Positions 30,751-43,919 of a stretch of 64,000 nt of DNA are shown piece by piece; position 1 is the first letter of the stretch, and each line of letters begins with the position of its first letter. The notes under the pieces were generated by a model, which had not been told where the DNA came from, made no database searches, and saw nothing but the letters and a program-made list of their open reading frames with translations. The stretch is from NCBI RefSeq assembly GCF_009914755.1, contig NC_060928.1; one strand, written 5' to 3'. Origin of the DNA: the human T2T-CHM13v2.0 reference genome, Homo sapiens. The translations under genes and the position numbers were made by a program.

Positions 30751-32746
30751 GCCTAGATTCAGATGGCTTCACTGGTGAATTCTACCAAATATTTAAGGAA
30801 AAATTAACACAAATCCTTTACAAATCTTCTAGTAATATAAAAGAAAGGAGCATTTTCCATCTCATTCTATGAGGCCAGTTTTACCTTAATAGCAAAACTA
30901 GACAAAGACAATAAAAACTATAAATAAAGACATAAAAATTCTCTGTAAAATACTAGCAAACCAATACTAGAATCATTAAAAAAGATTATAGACCATGAAC
31001 AAATAAGATTTATTCCAGGAATACAAGGTTGTTTTGATATCCAAAAAATCAATTAATGTAATATCCAATATTAATAGAACAAAAAACAAAATCATATCAT
31101 CTCAACAGATACAGAAAATGCATTTGACAAAAATCTAATACTCTTTCATGATGAAAAAGAAATACTCAATAAACTAGGAATAGATGGGAACTTCCTCAAT
31201 CTGATAAGGAATATCTGTGAAAAACTTCATCTACCATTATACTTCATGGTAAAACACTAAACTTTTTCCCCTTAAGATCAGGAACAAGACAAGGATGCCG
31301 ACTTTTGCCTCTTCTACTGAACATTGTACTGGAGGTTGCAGCCAAGGCAATTAGGCCAGAAAAAAAAATGTATACAAATTGGAAAAAAAGAAGTAAAACT
31401 ACCTCTATTTTGGGGTAATATGATTTTGCATATAGAAAATCATAAGGAAATTTAAAACTAGCAGAAATAATAAAGTCGAAGATTATATGGTATAAGGTCA
31501 GTGTGCAAAATCAATTGTAACTGTGTACACTTGCAATAAATATGAAAATGAAATTAAGAAAACAATTCCACTTATAATAGCATTAAAAAGAATAAAATAC
31601 TTAGAACTAAATCTAACAGAAGTGCAAAAAATGTATACTGAAAAGTAGAAAATACTGTTGAAATAAATTGAGGAAGAATAAATAAATATCAAGACATCTC
31701 ACCTTCATAGATCAGAAGACTTAGTATTGTTAAAAAGGAAGTATTTCCCAAATGTATCTGTATACTCAGCAAAATATCTATTAAAATCCCAGACAACTCC
31801 TCTGAAAAAATTGGATATGATTCAAAAATGTATACAAAAATTGAAGAGATCCAGAATAGACAAAATAATCTGAAAACAAAAGAACAAAATTGGAGAACTC
31901 ATACTTCCCAATTTCAAATATAATCGTAAAGCTAAGGTAATCAAGACAGTGTGTTCCTGATGTAAGACTAGAAATATAAATAAATAAAATGAAATAGACA
32001 TTCCTGAAATAAACTCTCACATATAAACTCAATTGATTTTCATCAAAAGTGCCAAGAAACAGTAATGGGAAAAGAACAATCTTTTCAACAAATGGTGCTG
32101 GGATAACTGAATAACCAAAAAGAATCCAAAAATTGAATTTGGACTCAGACTTTTTACCATATATAAAAATCAAGTCAAAATGAATTATAGACCTAAATAT
32201 GATAGTCAAAACTATAAAACTCTTAGAAGAAAATTTATTTGAGAAGATCCTCATGACCTTGACTTAGGCAATGATTTATTTGACCCAAACCACCAATGAC
32301 AAAAAATAATAATGATAAATTGGACTTTATCGAACTAGCAAACTTTTGCTCTTTGAGTGCTACTATCACACAAATAAAAAGACAACTCTGATGGTTAATT
32401 TTATAAGACACTTTTCTAGATCATGGTACTCTGTTGTTTGGTCAAACATCAATCTGGATGCTGTTGTGAAGGTATTTTTTAGATATGATTGATATTTAAA
32501 GCAGTAGACTTTAAGGAAAGCAGATTTATCCTTCATAAAGCAGGTGGGCTTTATCCAATCAACAGAAGTCCTTAAGAGAAAAGGGTCCTGGGAAAATGAA
32601 GAAATTTTGTTTCTAGACTACATTCATATTCAAGACTGCAACATCAACTCCTGACAAAATTTTCAACCTGTCAGCCTGCCCTACAGATTTCAGACTTACC
32701 AGCCCACACAATCATATGGATCATTTTATAAAACAATCTCTCCCTC

Positions 32747-33046
32747 GGCCGGGAGCAGTGGCTCACATCTGTCATCCCAGCACTTTGCGAGGCAGAGGCA
32801 GGCGGATCACGAGCTCAGGAGATCAAGACCATCCTGGCCAACATGGTGAAACCCCGTTTCTACTAAAAGTAAAAATAAAAAATTAGCTGGGTGTGGTGGC
32901 GCGTGCCTGTAGTCCCAGCTACTCAGGAGGCTGAGGCAGGAGAATCGCTTGAACCTGGGCGTTGGAGGTTGCAGTGAGCCAAGATCACCATTGCACTCCA
33001 GCCTGGCGACAGAGCAAGACTGTGTCTCAAAAAAAAAAAAAAAAAA
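32747..33046 (+). mobile_element. AluSc-like
   Basis: ggatcacgag..caggagatcaagaccatcctggcc. TSD core ctctccctc. Confidence 0.95.
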
Positions 33047-34243
33047 CTCTCCCTCTCTGTTTCAACCTCTCTCTCCAGATATGTGTGTATGTATGCATAA
33101 TGCTAGAAGATACTGCAAGTTTGATTCCAGGCTACAGCAATAGAGCAAATATCACAAATAAAGCAAATCACATGAATATTATGGCAGACATATTCCCCAG
33201 TATATATAAAAGTTATGTTTACATTCTACTTCGGTCTATTAATGAGCAGTAATGTTATATATCAAACATGTACATACTTTAATTTTAAAATAGTACTTAA
33301 AAGTTCTAACAATCATCTGAGCCCTCAGGAAGTCATAATCTTTGCTGGGGAAGGGTCTCGACTCCATGTTGATCACTGCTGACTGATCAGGATGGTGGTT
33401 GCTGAGGATTGGGGAGGTGGTGGCAATTTCTTAAAATAAGACAACAATGAAGTTTGCTGCATTAATCGCCTCCTCCTTTCACAAAAGATTGCTCTGTTGC
33501 ATGTGATGCTGTTTGATAGCATTTCCATTTCCCTACAATAGAAGCTCTTTCAAAATTGGAGTCAACTCTCTCAAGTCCTGCTGCTGCTTTATCAACTAAC
33601 TTTATGTAAAATTCTAAGTCCTTTGTTGTCATTTCAACAGTTTACAGCGTCTCCACCAGAAGTATATTCCATGTCAAGCAACCACTTTCTTTGCTCATCT
33701 ATAAACCACAGTCCTTCATTCATTCAAGTTTTACCATCAGATTACAGCAATTCATCCACTGAAGTGGAATCTTCAGAATCCACTAATTCTAGTTCTCTTG
33801 CGGCTTCAACCACATCTGCAGTTACATTCTCCACTGAAGTCTTCAACTCCTAAAAGTCATCCTTGAGAGTTGGCATCAACTTCTTCCAAACTCCTGTTAA
33901 TGTTGCTATTTTGACCTCCTCCTGTAAACAACAAATTTTCTTAATGACATCTAGAATGGTGAGCTCTTTCCAGAAGATTTTCAATTTATATTGTCCAGAT
34001 TCATCAGAGGAATCACTATCTATGGTAGCTATAGGCTAACAAAATGTTTTTCTTAAATAAGACTTGAAAGTGAAAATTACTCCTTGATCCAGGGGTTGCA
34101 GAATGAATGTTGTGTTAACAGGCATGAAAACATTATTCTCCTTGCACATCTCTCTCAGAGATCTTGGGTGACCATGTGCATTGTCAATGAGCCGTAATAT
34201 TTTGAAATAAGCCTCTTGAGTAGTGGGTTTCAACAGTGGGCTA

Positions 34244-34659
<416 letters not shown>

Positions 34660-35385
34660 CTAACAGGCCCTAGGATTTTCAGAATGGTAAATGAGCTTTG
34701 GCTTCAACTTGATGTCACCAGTTGCATGAGCCCCTAACTAAAAAGACAGCCTGTCCTTTGAAGCTTTGAAACCATGCGTTGACTTCTCCTTCCTGGCTAT
34801 GAAAGTTCTAGATGGTATCTTCTTCCAATGTAAGGCTGTTTCATATACACTGAAAATCTGTTGTTTAGTGGAGTCAACTTCATCAATTATCTTAGCTAGA
34901 TGTTCTGGATAACTTGTTGCAACTTCTACATTAGCACTTGCTGCTTCACCTTATACTTTTATGTTATGAAGATGGCTTCTTTCCTTTAACCTCATGAACC
35001 AACCTCTGCTAGCTTCCAACTTTTCTTTCTTTTCAAAGAAAATAAACTTCAGATCTACTAAATAATTAAATTCCAAATGTAATCATTGTATGTAAAAAAA
35101 TGAAACCATAGAATAGAAGGAATTGCTGTTTAACATTTATATAAGCCTAGGATAGGGACAGCATGATGCCAGGAAAAGGAATTGTAATGAAAGAAATTGA
35201 TTGTTTTTACCACAAAATGCAAACTTCTATAAAAAGCACCACCAGTAAATCCAAAAATAAATTGAAAAACACTTGTATCATATAACCAAAGGCAAAAATC
35301 TTCATATATAAAAAGATACTGTAAATTAATAAGAACATTCCAAACTACCTCAACAAATGAAAATGGCTAAAGATAAGCAAGTTTT

Positions 35386-35520
35386 TTTGTGTGTTTTTTT
35401 GCTTGTTTGTTTTTGAGACAGAGTCTTGCTCTGTCGCCCAGGCTGGAGTGCAGTGGTGCAATCTCAGCTCACTGCAACCTCCGCATCCCAGTTCAAGAGA
35501 TTCTCCTGCCTCAGCCTCCC
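35386..35520 (-). mobile_element. Alu right-arm fragment (5'-truncated at insertion)
   Basis: Exact 15-bp TSD agataagcaagtttt at 35371-35385 and 35521-35535. Confidence 0.92.
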
Positions 35521-35705
35521 AGATAAGCAAGTTTTAAAAGAAATACAGATTAAATAGACATTATAGCATTAATCATAACAGTGAGAAGCTAGAAACATGA
35601 AATAATCAATAATAGGCAAACAACTGAAATAAATGATACACATACCTATACCTTTGAATATTAAGTAGCAGTTCTTCAAAATGATAATAGAAAAAATGTG
35701 TTTAC

Positions 35706-36634
35706 CAAATGTACAAGAAAAAACAAACCTGTTAGAAACTGGGCAAAGGACACAGACACTTCTCAAAAGAAGATATTCATGTGGGCAACGAACATATAAA
35801 AAAAAGCTCAACATCACTGATCATTAGAGAAATGCAAATCGAAACTGCAATGAGATACCATCTCAGGCCAGTCAGAATGGTGATTATTGAAAAGTCAAGA
35901 AACAACAGATGCTGGTGAGGTTACAGAGAAATAGGAACACTTTTACACTGTTGGTGGGAGTGTAAATTAGTTCAACCATTGTGAAAGACAGTGTGGCAAT
36001 TCCTCAAAGACCTAGAGGCAGAAATACCATTTGACCCAGCAATCCCATTACCGGGTACACACCCAAAGGAATATAAATAATTCTATCATAAAGATACATG
36101 TGCACATATGTTCATTGCAACACTATTCACCATAGCAAAAACATAGAATCAACCCAAATGCCCATCAATGATAGACTGGATAAAGAAAATGTGGTACATA
36201 TACACCATGGAATACTATGTACTCATAAAAAGGAACAAGATCATGTCTTTTGCAGGGACATGGATGGAACTGGAAACTGTTATCCTCAGCAAACTAACAC
36301 AGGAACAGAAAACCAAACACTGCATGTTCTTACTTATAAGTGGGAGCTGAATGATGAGAACACATGGACACATTGGGGGAACAACACACACTGGGGCCTG
36401 TCAGGGAGGTAGAGGGGGAGGGAGAGCACCAGGAATAACAGCTAATGGATGCTGGGCTTAATTCCTGGGCGATGGTTTGATCTGTGCAGCAAACCACCAT
36501 GGTACACGTTTACCCATGGCACAGACTTGCACATCCTGAAAATGTACCCCAAAACTTAAAATAAAAGTGGAAGAAAAAAAAAGATTAGAGTTTGTTCAAT
36601 GTGTAAAACCAATTAAAAAATAATCTATATCTTA
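35706..36634 (+). mobile_element. L1PA (about L1PA10-12) 3' fragment with a short 3' transduction
   Basis: ORF2 C-terminus and 3' UTR (gctaatggatgctgggcttaat). Exact 15-bp TSD aaaaaatgtgtttac at 35691-35705 and 36635-36649. Confidence 0.9.
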
Positions 36635-39600
36635 AAAAAATGTGTTTACTGCTAGGGAATGTGCATTCCCAACAATAGCATGGATGTTTTCATTTTTTAT
36701 AAAAAATTATATATATTGACAGAAAGGAATATGAAAATAATATTGTCTATTTGAAATTGTATTTAAAATTTTCTTTTGACTGTATTTGCTTTTTCTGCAA
36801 TGAATTGCTTTCATAGTAAAAAAAGTCTTTTAAAAATTAGTCCCAGCAATAAAACCATAGACAGATAAAAAATCCAGCAATCCCTGAGGTAAGGTGGCAT
36901 TTTAAAAATCGAAAATATTTATTTGGACAGAAAAGCAAAACTTTACCATAATTATGAATACTGTAATTATAAAGTAAATGAACACTTCAATCATGTAACA
37001 GTTGTGATTTATTATTAAGGTTTTAGTTCTATAATACATTTAAAATTTAATGAACTTTGGAAAGACAATATCATAAAATTGTCTTAAAACACTACATTAA
37101 GTCATTATTAACATTGCAGATAAAGATGGCAAAATTCTTTACTCTTACCACATCATCATATAATTATCACATTTGTTATCAAATTTTAGTTTGGAAGTCA
37201 GTCCACTTATCAATATCAAATTCTACTTTGTTGCACAATGTCCAGTTTAGCAATTTTCAACTATGTTGTGAAATTCAAGAAAAATAAAGTTGGGTCTAAG
37301 CAGTTGACAAGAGTTCTGCTTGAAAACCTATTCTTACAAAAGAACTTGTCAAAACATTTTTATCTTTAAAAATTTTTGAATGCAACTATTAATGTTTCAC
37401 TTTTGCTCTACTCAATTTTGCCTGAAAAAGTTTATTAAAATTATTAAGGAAATAAAGTGTAGAAGGATTATAGAAAATATTTTCAATAAAAAGAATAATC
37501 ATTAACACTGGTAATTGCCACTAGGAAGGAGTATACATACTGATAAAAATTATAGAAACCTGTTGGTGGTTCCCATAACTACCACTGATGTTAAGTCCCA
37601 CAACATCAAAAATGAAGAAATAGTTCCATGAGCTGTCAATAATTGTCTGAAGGCAATGTATTATTCATCAGCACCAGAATCCCTCTGAAGTTCTTCCACA
37701 TGTTCACAATTTTTTACCATTGGTCATCTATCAAATACTGCAACTGTTCTGGGAATATCCAACTAACAAAAGCCAAAGCTGGGCATTGACACTAACGGTA
37801 GCTTACTGATGTTTCCCCTGCAAATCTCACATTTTCTGATAATAAAATTTTGCACAAAAGGTAGAATGCAAAAGGCTGATTATACATTTATCTAAAATCT
37901 TATAATTACAGTAGTTTCTGAAAAAAGTTGTCCAGTAGTATAAATTGCTTCTGCATCAGTTCCACAAATAAGACAAGGACCAAAAACATCCAAACGGTTC
38001 ACAGACAGGGTTGAGAAGTAACCTTGTGATTTCAATTTGGTCTTTTGTAGGATCAGTGCTGAGCCAAGAACTTTGAGAGACTGGTGAACATTAGCTTGGT
38101 TACTAATGCTATGGGACAAAAAAGTTCTAGCTCTTCCTCCTTGTTGAAAGAGTGATGGTACATCTGTGGAAACATCCCAGTGCCAGAGGAATTCATCTTC
38201 AGAACAATAAATGGAGGATCTGGGTTGGATGGGTGAAAGTGAACTTCCTACATTTTAGCTCTGTAAGCCTTCAGCAGAGATACAGGCATAGTACCTTGTC
38301 TAACATTCCAAATACTCAACATTCCATCCTGGCCACCAGTAGCTATAACATGCTGTTTGATGAGATTTCTATCAACACAATGGACTGGCACTCAGTCACC
38401 AGTCATGACAATATCTGAGAAGGCTCATTTCCTTGTTGTGTGAAATCCCACGTTTTTAACTGTCCAATCGAATTTACAGTAAGAATCTCTCAGGAGTTCG
38501 AAGAAAGATTACAGCATGGAGTATACTACTATCTGCATTGCCTACAGTTCTTACAGCTTCCTTGTGATAAGCTTTGAAGAGATTTATTCAACCATCATCT
38601 CCAACATTAATGATTTCTGGGCTGTTGCACACAACACCTGTACATGGTGCCCTGCTACACGAAGGACTTTCTGGGCCTATGTGGTAGTGAGCTGTAGTTC
38701 ACAGCTGGTTGACTGAAAGAGTCTGGTTATTCGGATGATGAAGGAAAACTGATACACATCCTGTTGATGAAGCAGCTACAATTCTTTCCTGGTCAGACAA
38801 CTGTCAATCCATTATATCACCATGGTGTCTAATATCACACAATAATTGATTGTCTCCTTCAAACCCTCTATCAGAGTCCAAGTTTCCAAAATCTCCCATA
38901 GACCGCAGTGAAACATAATTTTCCCCATTGTCCTAAGAGCCCATAGTGAACATCTCTGCGGTCTTCAAGTGCCCCAGAGGACTGGTCACCAGCAGGTTTT
39001 GCAGATTTTCTGAGACACAAACAGCATACAGCAGGTACAGCAAGAAGCAAGCACTGCTTCCAACTTCTCTTCTGCAGCTTCCTCACCTCTCTCAGTCTTT
39101 GTAGAATTGAAGAGAGTTAGGGTCTTGCTCTGGATTAGGCTTTGGCTTAAGGGAATGTTGTGGCTGGCTTGGTCTTCTATCCAGACCAACTACAACTTTC
39201 TCCACATCAGCATTAAGGCTGTCTCCTTTTTTTCATTATTTTTCATGTGTTCACTGAAGCAGCACTTTTAATTTCCTTCAAGAACTTTTCCTTTGCATTC
39301 ACAATTTGGCTAACTCTTTGGCACAGTGGCCTAGCTCTCAGCCTATCATTGTTTTTGACCTTCCTCTCTCAGCAAATTTAATTATTTCTAGCTTTTAATT
39401 TGAAAAGAGAGGCGTGCAACTCTTCCTTTCACTTGAACACTTAGAGGCCATTGTAGGGCTATTTCAATATTATTGTGTTTCAGGGAATAGGGAGGCCTGA
39501 GGAGAGTGAGGGAGATGGGGGAATGGGTGGTTAGTGGAGCAATCAGAACATACACAACCTTTGTTGATTAAGTTTGCCATCTTTTATGGGTATGGTTCAT

Positions 39601-40035
39601 ATAGACCCCAAAAATTACAATGCTATCATCAAAGATCACTTATCATAGATTACTATAACAGATATAATAATAATAATAATAAAGTTTTAAATATTGTGAG
39701 AATTACCAAAATGTGACACAGAGACACAAAGGGAGCATATTGCTGTTGGAAAAATGGCATTAATAGAATTGCTTGCGGCAGGGTTGCCACACAACTTCAC
39801 CTTGTGAAAAATGAAAGCTCTGTTCAGTATAATAAAGCAAAGCACAATAAATGGAGGTATGCCTGTGTGTGTGTGTGTGTGTGTGTGTGTCCTATTGGTT
39901 TTCTTTCTCTGGAAGACACTAATATAACAACCTAAATAATAGAAGAAAATATTTGTAAATTATTAAAGGTGACTTTTATCTAGAATATATTTTTAAAGTC
40001 TTACAACTCAGTGATAAAAAGACATCCTAATTTTT

Positions 40036-40500
40036 AAAATTTTTTTAATATACTTTAAGTTCTAGGGTACACGTGCACAATGTGCAGGTTTGTTACATAA
40101 GTATACATGTGCCATGTTGGTTTGCTGCACCCATCAACTCGTCATTTACAATAGGTATTTCTCCTAATGCTATCCCTCTCCCAGCCCCCCACCTCCTGAC
40201 AGGCCCTGGTGTATGATGTTCCCCGCCCTGTGTCCAAGTGTTCTCATTGTTCAGTTCCCACCTGAGTGAGAACACGTGGTGTTTGTTTTCTGTCCTTGTG
40301 ATAGTTTGCTGAGAATGATTGTTCTAGCTTCATCCATGTCCCTACAAAGGACATGAACTCATTCTTTTTTAAGGCTGCATAGTATTCTATGGTGTATCTG
40401 TGCCACATTTTCTTGATCCAGTCTATCATTGATGGACATTTGGGTTGGTTGCAAGTCTTTGCTATTGTGAATAGTGCCGCAATAAACATATGTGTGCATG
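40036..40500 (-). mobile_element. L1PA (about L1PA5-6) 3' fragment
   Basis: TSD aagacat(c/a)ctaattttt at 40019-40035 and 40501-40517. Confidence 0.92.
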
Positions 40501-41015
40501 AAGACATACTAATTTTTTAAATGAGCAAAGGGTTAAATATACCTTTCTCCACAGAATATATATGAACTGCCAATAAGGACATGAAAAGTACATTATTAGT
40601 AGTAATTAGGAAAATGCAAAGCAAAACCACAATATAACACTTCACATTAACTAGGATGACTAAATTCAAGAAGACAGCAATAACAAATATTGGCGAGAAT
40701 GTGGAGAAATTGTAACACTCATATATGTTGATGTGAATGTAAAATGATGCGACCATTTTGGCAAATAGTTTGGCAGATGACTGTTTACTCTTAAATATGG
40801 AGCTATTATATGATCCAGCCATTCCATTCCTTGGTATGTACCCATGAGAAGTGAAGACATGTCCACATAAAAATTGGTACATAAATGTTTATAGTAGCAT
40901 TATTTGTATTAGCCAAAAACTGGAAACAACCAAAATGTCCATCAACTAATGAATCGATAACTAATACATGGTATATCCATACAATAGAACATGGTTTGAA
41001 AATTAAAAGGTGAAA

Positions 41016-41125
41016 GAAGTTACTGTCTGCTGCTAATGTTTCCACTACAGATACAAGAAAAAGTCTCTTCACACTTTCTGTCTGTCTGATTGTAGCAGCC
41101 TGAGATTGAATAGAGGAATACAGGA
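41016..41125 (+). pseudogene. SNORA31: Retrocopy of an H/ACA snoRNA, SNORA31/SNORA31B-like, 5'-truncated
   Basis: gtttccactacagat.caagaaaaa..cactttctgtctgtctgattgtagcagcctgagattgaatagaggaatACAgga matches the ACA31 family as recalled. H box (AGAAAA, 41056-41061) and ACA box (41120-41122). The insert interrupts an L1MB. Confidence 0.75.
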
Positions 41126-43330
41126 GGGAAAACCCAGAAAGAGAATTTTTACGGCTCAGGAATAATCTTGTAAACACTAAAGAGCCTGTTTTACTACAAA
41201 GAAAATCCTAAAATTTGGTTTACATGAGAAGTGTTGGGAAATAGCTCCTCCTATCCTAACCTAGCTGGTTACATTTGTAAGAACTTAAAGGCTAAAGCTA
41301 ATTAAAAGCAAGCCAATAATAAAAAGAAAAGGAAGAACATAAAAAGGAATGAAATTCCAATACATCTTACAACTTGAATAAAACTTGAAAGCATTATGTG
41401 AAGTGAAAGAAGTCAGTAACAAAAAAACAAATATTGCATGATTCCATTCATATGAGATGTCCATAATAGTCAAATCTATAGAGACAGAGAGTTGATTAGT
41501 GGTTACTAACAACTGGGTTGGACAGTGAAGAGAGAAGTGTAAGGAAGGGTGAATGACTGGTAATAGGTATCAAGTTTCTTTTTGGGGTGATGAAAATGTT
41601 CTAAAGTTACATAATAGTGACCTCATTCCATCTTACTTGCCATCTATCTTCATAAATAGCCCTGCTTGTGTTTTTGCCAGTTTCCTCCCTCCCCAGCTTC
41701 TACTTTGATCTTTCTATTCCTCTTGTTTCTTCTAGTCTTGCATCATAATCCAAGCTCCAAGCACAAAAACAAATTATCTGTTCCCAACCTCTTTGAATCA
41801 GAAGCATTAGCAATTATATGAACCATCATTTGCCTTGGGTCCACCAAACCAGCCCCAATTCCTGTGGCCAAATCTGCGGATACAGTTATTTGGAGTTTGG
41901 AATTTATACCTTCACAACTCTATGGTTAGGTTCTGTGAATTGCAGAGAGTCTAATCAACTCATGATGTAGCTAAAAATATACCATCCAAGAACTGAGTTA
42001 CAAGTCCCTGTTATCTTTCAGTCTGACTTACTGGAGACTCTGAAGGAGGGAAACCAGAGGAACAGCAGCTTTTACATCCAGGAAGATGGTGCTCATGACA
42101 ACAGCCATCCATACATAGTTGTCCAGAAAGCATGTTGCCAGTGTGAGCTAAAATTTCTTTCCTAAATACCCAAAATGGCACATCTATCCTTCATTTGCCC
42201 TGGTAGAAGAGCTTACGTAACCAGAGAATGGTTCTAGTTTCCTGTTTCAGAACTTTGGAAAAAGCTTCTTAGAAAATATGAGGAACAAGGACTTATTTTC
42301 TGTCTTAGTATGCTGTTCTATGGGATGATAGATGTAATCTGTGTTTCTTAATCCTTGTTCCCACTTTTGATGCCAAACAAAGTAACAATGGTTGACACTG
42401 AATGTGGACTTTTGAGGCTGTCTGACTCCTCCTAAGAGGCTGACTCTACCTCTTCCTCTTTATTTGCTGGTTATTTTAATATGACTATAGAATCTGTTCT
42501 AACTAGATAATGAATAAGAGAGCGGAAGGAACAAGGACATAAATTTGCAAAAACTAAAAAAATATGAAGTGCACAAGGAAATTGATTGAAGCCACCAATG
42601 CCAGGGAATAAATCCTATGCTACTTCACCATCAGTGTGCCAGCAGGGTATTGATTTCTGGATGCACGATGGGGAAATTAGTGCCGGCTCCAGTACGGTTG
42701 TGCAGCAGTAACAGCTCAAGGAGTATCTGGGGAGACCTTAATGACTAAGAGAGCTTTGGGAACTTTCTCTGGGAATTTTAAAAATAAAAGTAGTATAATT
42801 CTTCATTAAATTATAAGTAGTTGAAATATCTGCTTTTGGAAAAGCCATAAATATAAAAAAGTCTCATTTGATCCAGAAAAAGGTCCCAGGATTGAGATAT
42901 AATTCCTCAGAAGTCAGCCAAGAGTGAGGAGAACAAGCTTTGTACTTTTAAATAAACTATCTCCCATGGGCCCTAAATGAACACAGCATCTGCAGTCCCC
43001 AAAAATGTACATACTTGATAGAGAACAATATATTACATATATTTCATAAATGCATAGAAAGTTTTAGAAACAATTAGATTAAAAACAGACTGTGTTCCAA
43101 AATGCCTTTGTATGTCAGTCAATTGGAATCAGAAAACTTTTTCCCCACTAAATCCATAGTTCATGTTCCCAGGTGAATCCTAGAAATTCTACTTAAACCA
43201 TATGCAGTTGAAAATGTGGACTAAGTCCCAAGTCCTTTGGGTTCTAAGCCACTGTGACCTCTGAGGGTAGGGACCAGAAAAAGAGAAGCTTTCACAGTAG
43301 CCCAGGAATATGGTTCCTATGGCAGCAGAC

Positions 43331-43365
<35 letters not shown>
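43331..43365. repeat. (GATA)n tetranucleotide microsatellite
   Basis: About 8 perfect units. Confidence 0.98.
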
Positions 43366-43366
<1 letters not shown>

Positions 43367-43641
43367 ACAGGTTAATGAATGGATGCACAGCAAAGTATAC
43401 ATGCTATCCAAATCCCAACATGACATGTTGAACCTAAATTTTTTCTATTTTATTTTTTAAAAAATTAACGTAATGCAATTTTAAATAAAATTGCTGCATA
43501 TTCAGAGTTTCCTTTTTCCATTTCAATGCTTATTTTCCTTTATAAAACTAAAATGCAGATCTTTTATCCAGTAGCACTTTTATCTGTGGCCCAAGGACCC
43601 CACCAATAATTTAACACATATCATCCTTTAAACGTAAAAAC

Positions 43642-43919
43642 AGCTGGGTGCAGTGGCTCATGCCTATAATTCCAACATTTTGGGAGGCCAAGATGGGAGG
43701 ATTGCTTGAGCCCCGCAGTTCAAGACCAGCCTGGGCAACAAAAATGTTGCCTGTCTCTACCAAAAGTTTTAAGAAATTAACCAGGCATGGTGGCACACAC
43801 CTGTGGTCTCAGCCACTTGAGAGGCTGAGGAGGTCGAGGCTACAGTGAAACAGATTTGCACCACTGCACTCCAACCTGGGCAACAGTGTGACCCTGTCTC
43901 AAATGATAATAATAATAAT
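43642..43919 (+). mobile_element. AluJ with an internal deletion
   Basis: ggaggattgcttgagccc left arm, shortened right arm, (AAT)n tail. Confidence 0.9.

Larger units (their letters stand above)
35028..39055 (-). pseudogene. NUP43: Processed pseudogene of nucleoporin NUP43 (WD40), with 5' UTR remnant, intronless CDS (about 39030-37917) and long 3' UTR
   Basis: Minus-strand translations DQERIVAASSTGCVSVFLHHPNNQTLSVNQ, QHVIATGGQDGMLSIWNVRQGTMPVSLLKA, SHSISNQANVHQS and GPCLICGTDAEAIY match NUP43 as recalled. There are no introns, many stops and frameshifts, and the ATG is lost. 16-bp TSD gcttccaactt(t/c)tctt at 35012-35027 and 39056-39071. Confidence 0.95.
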
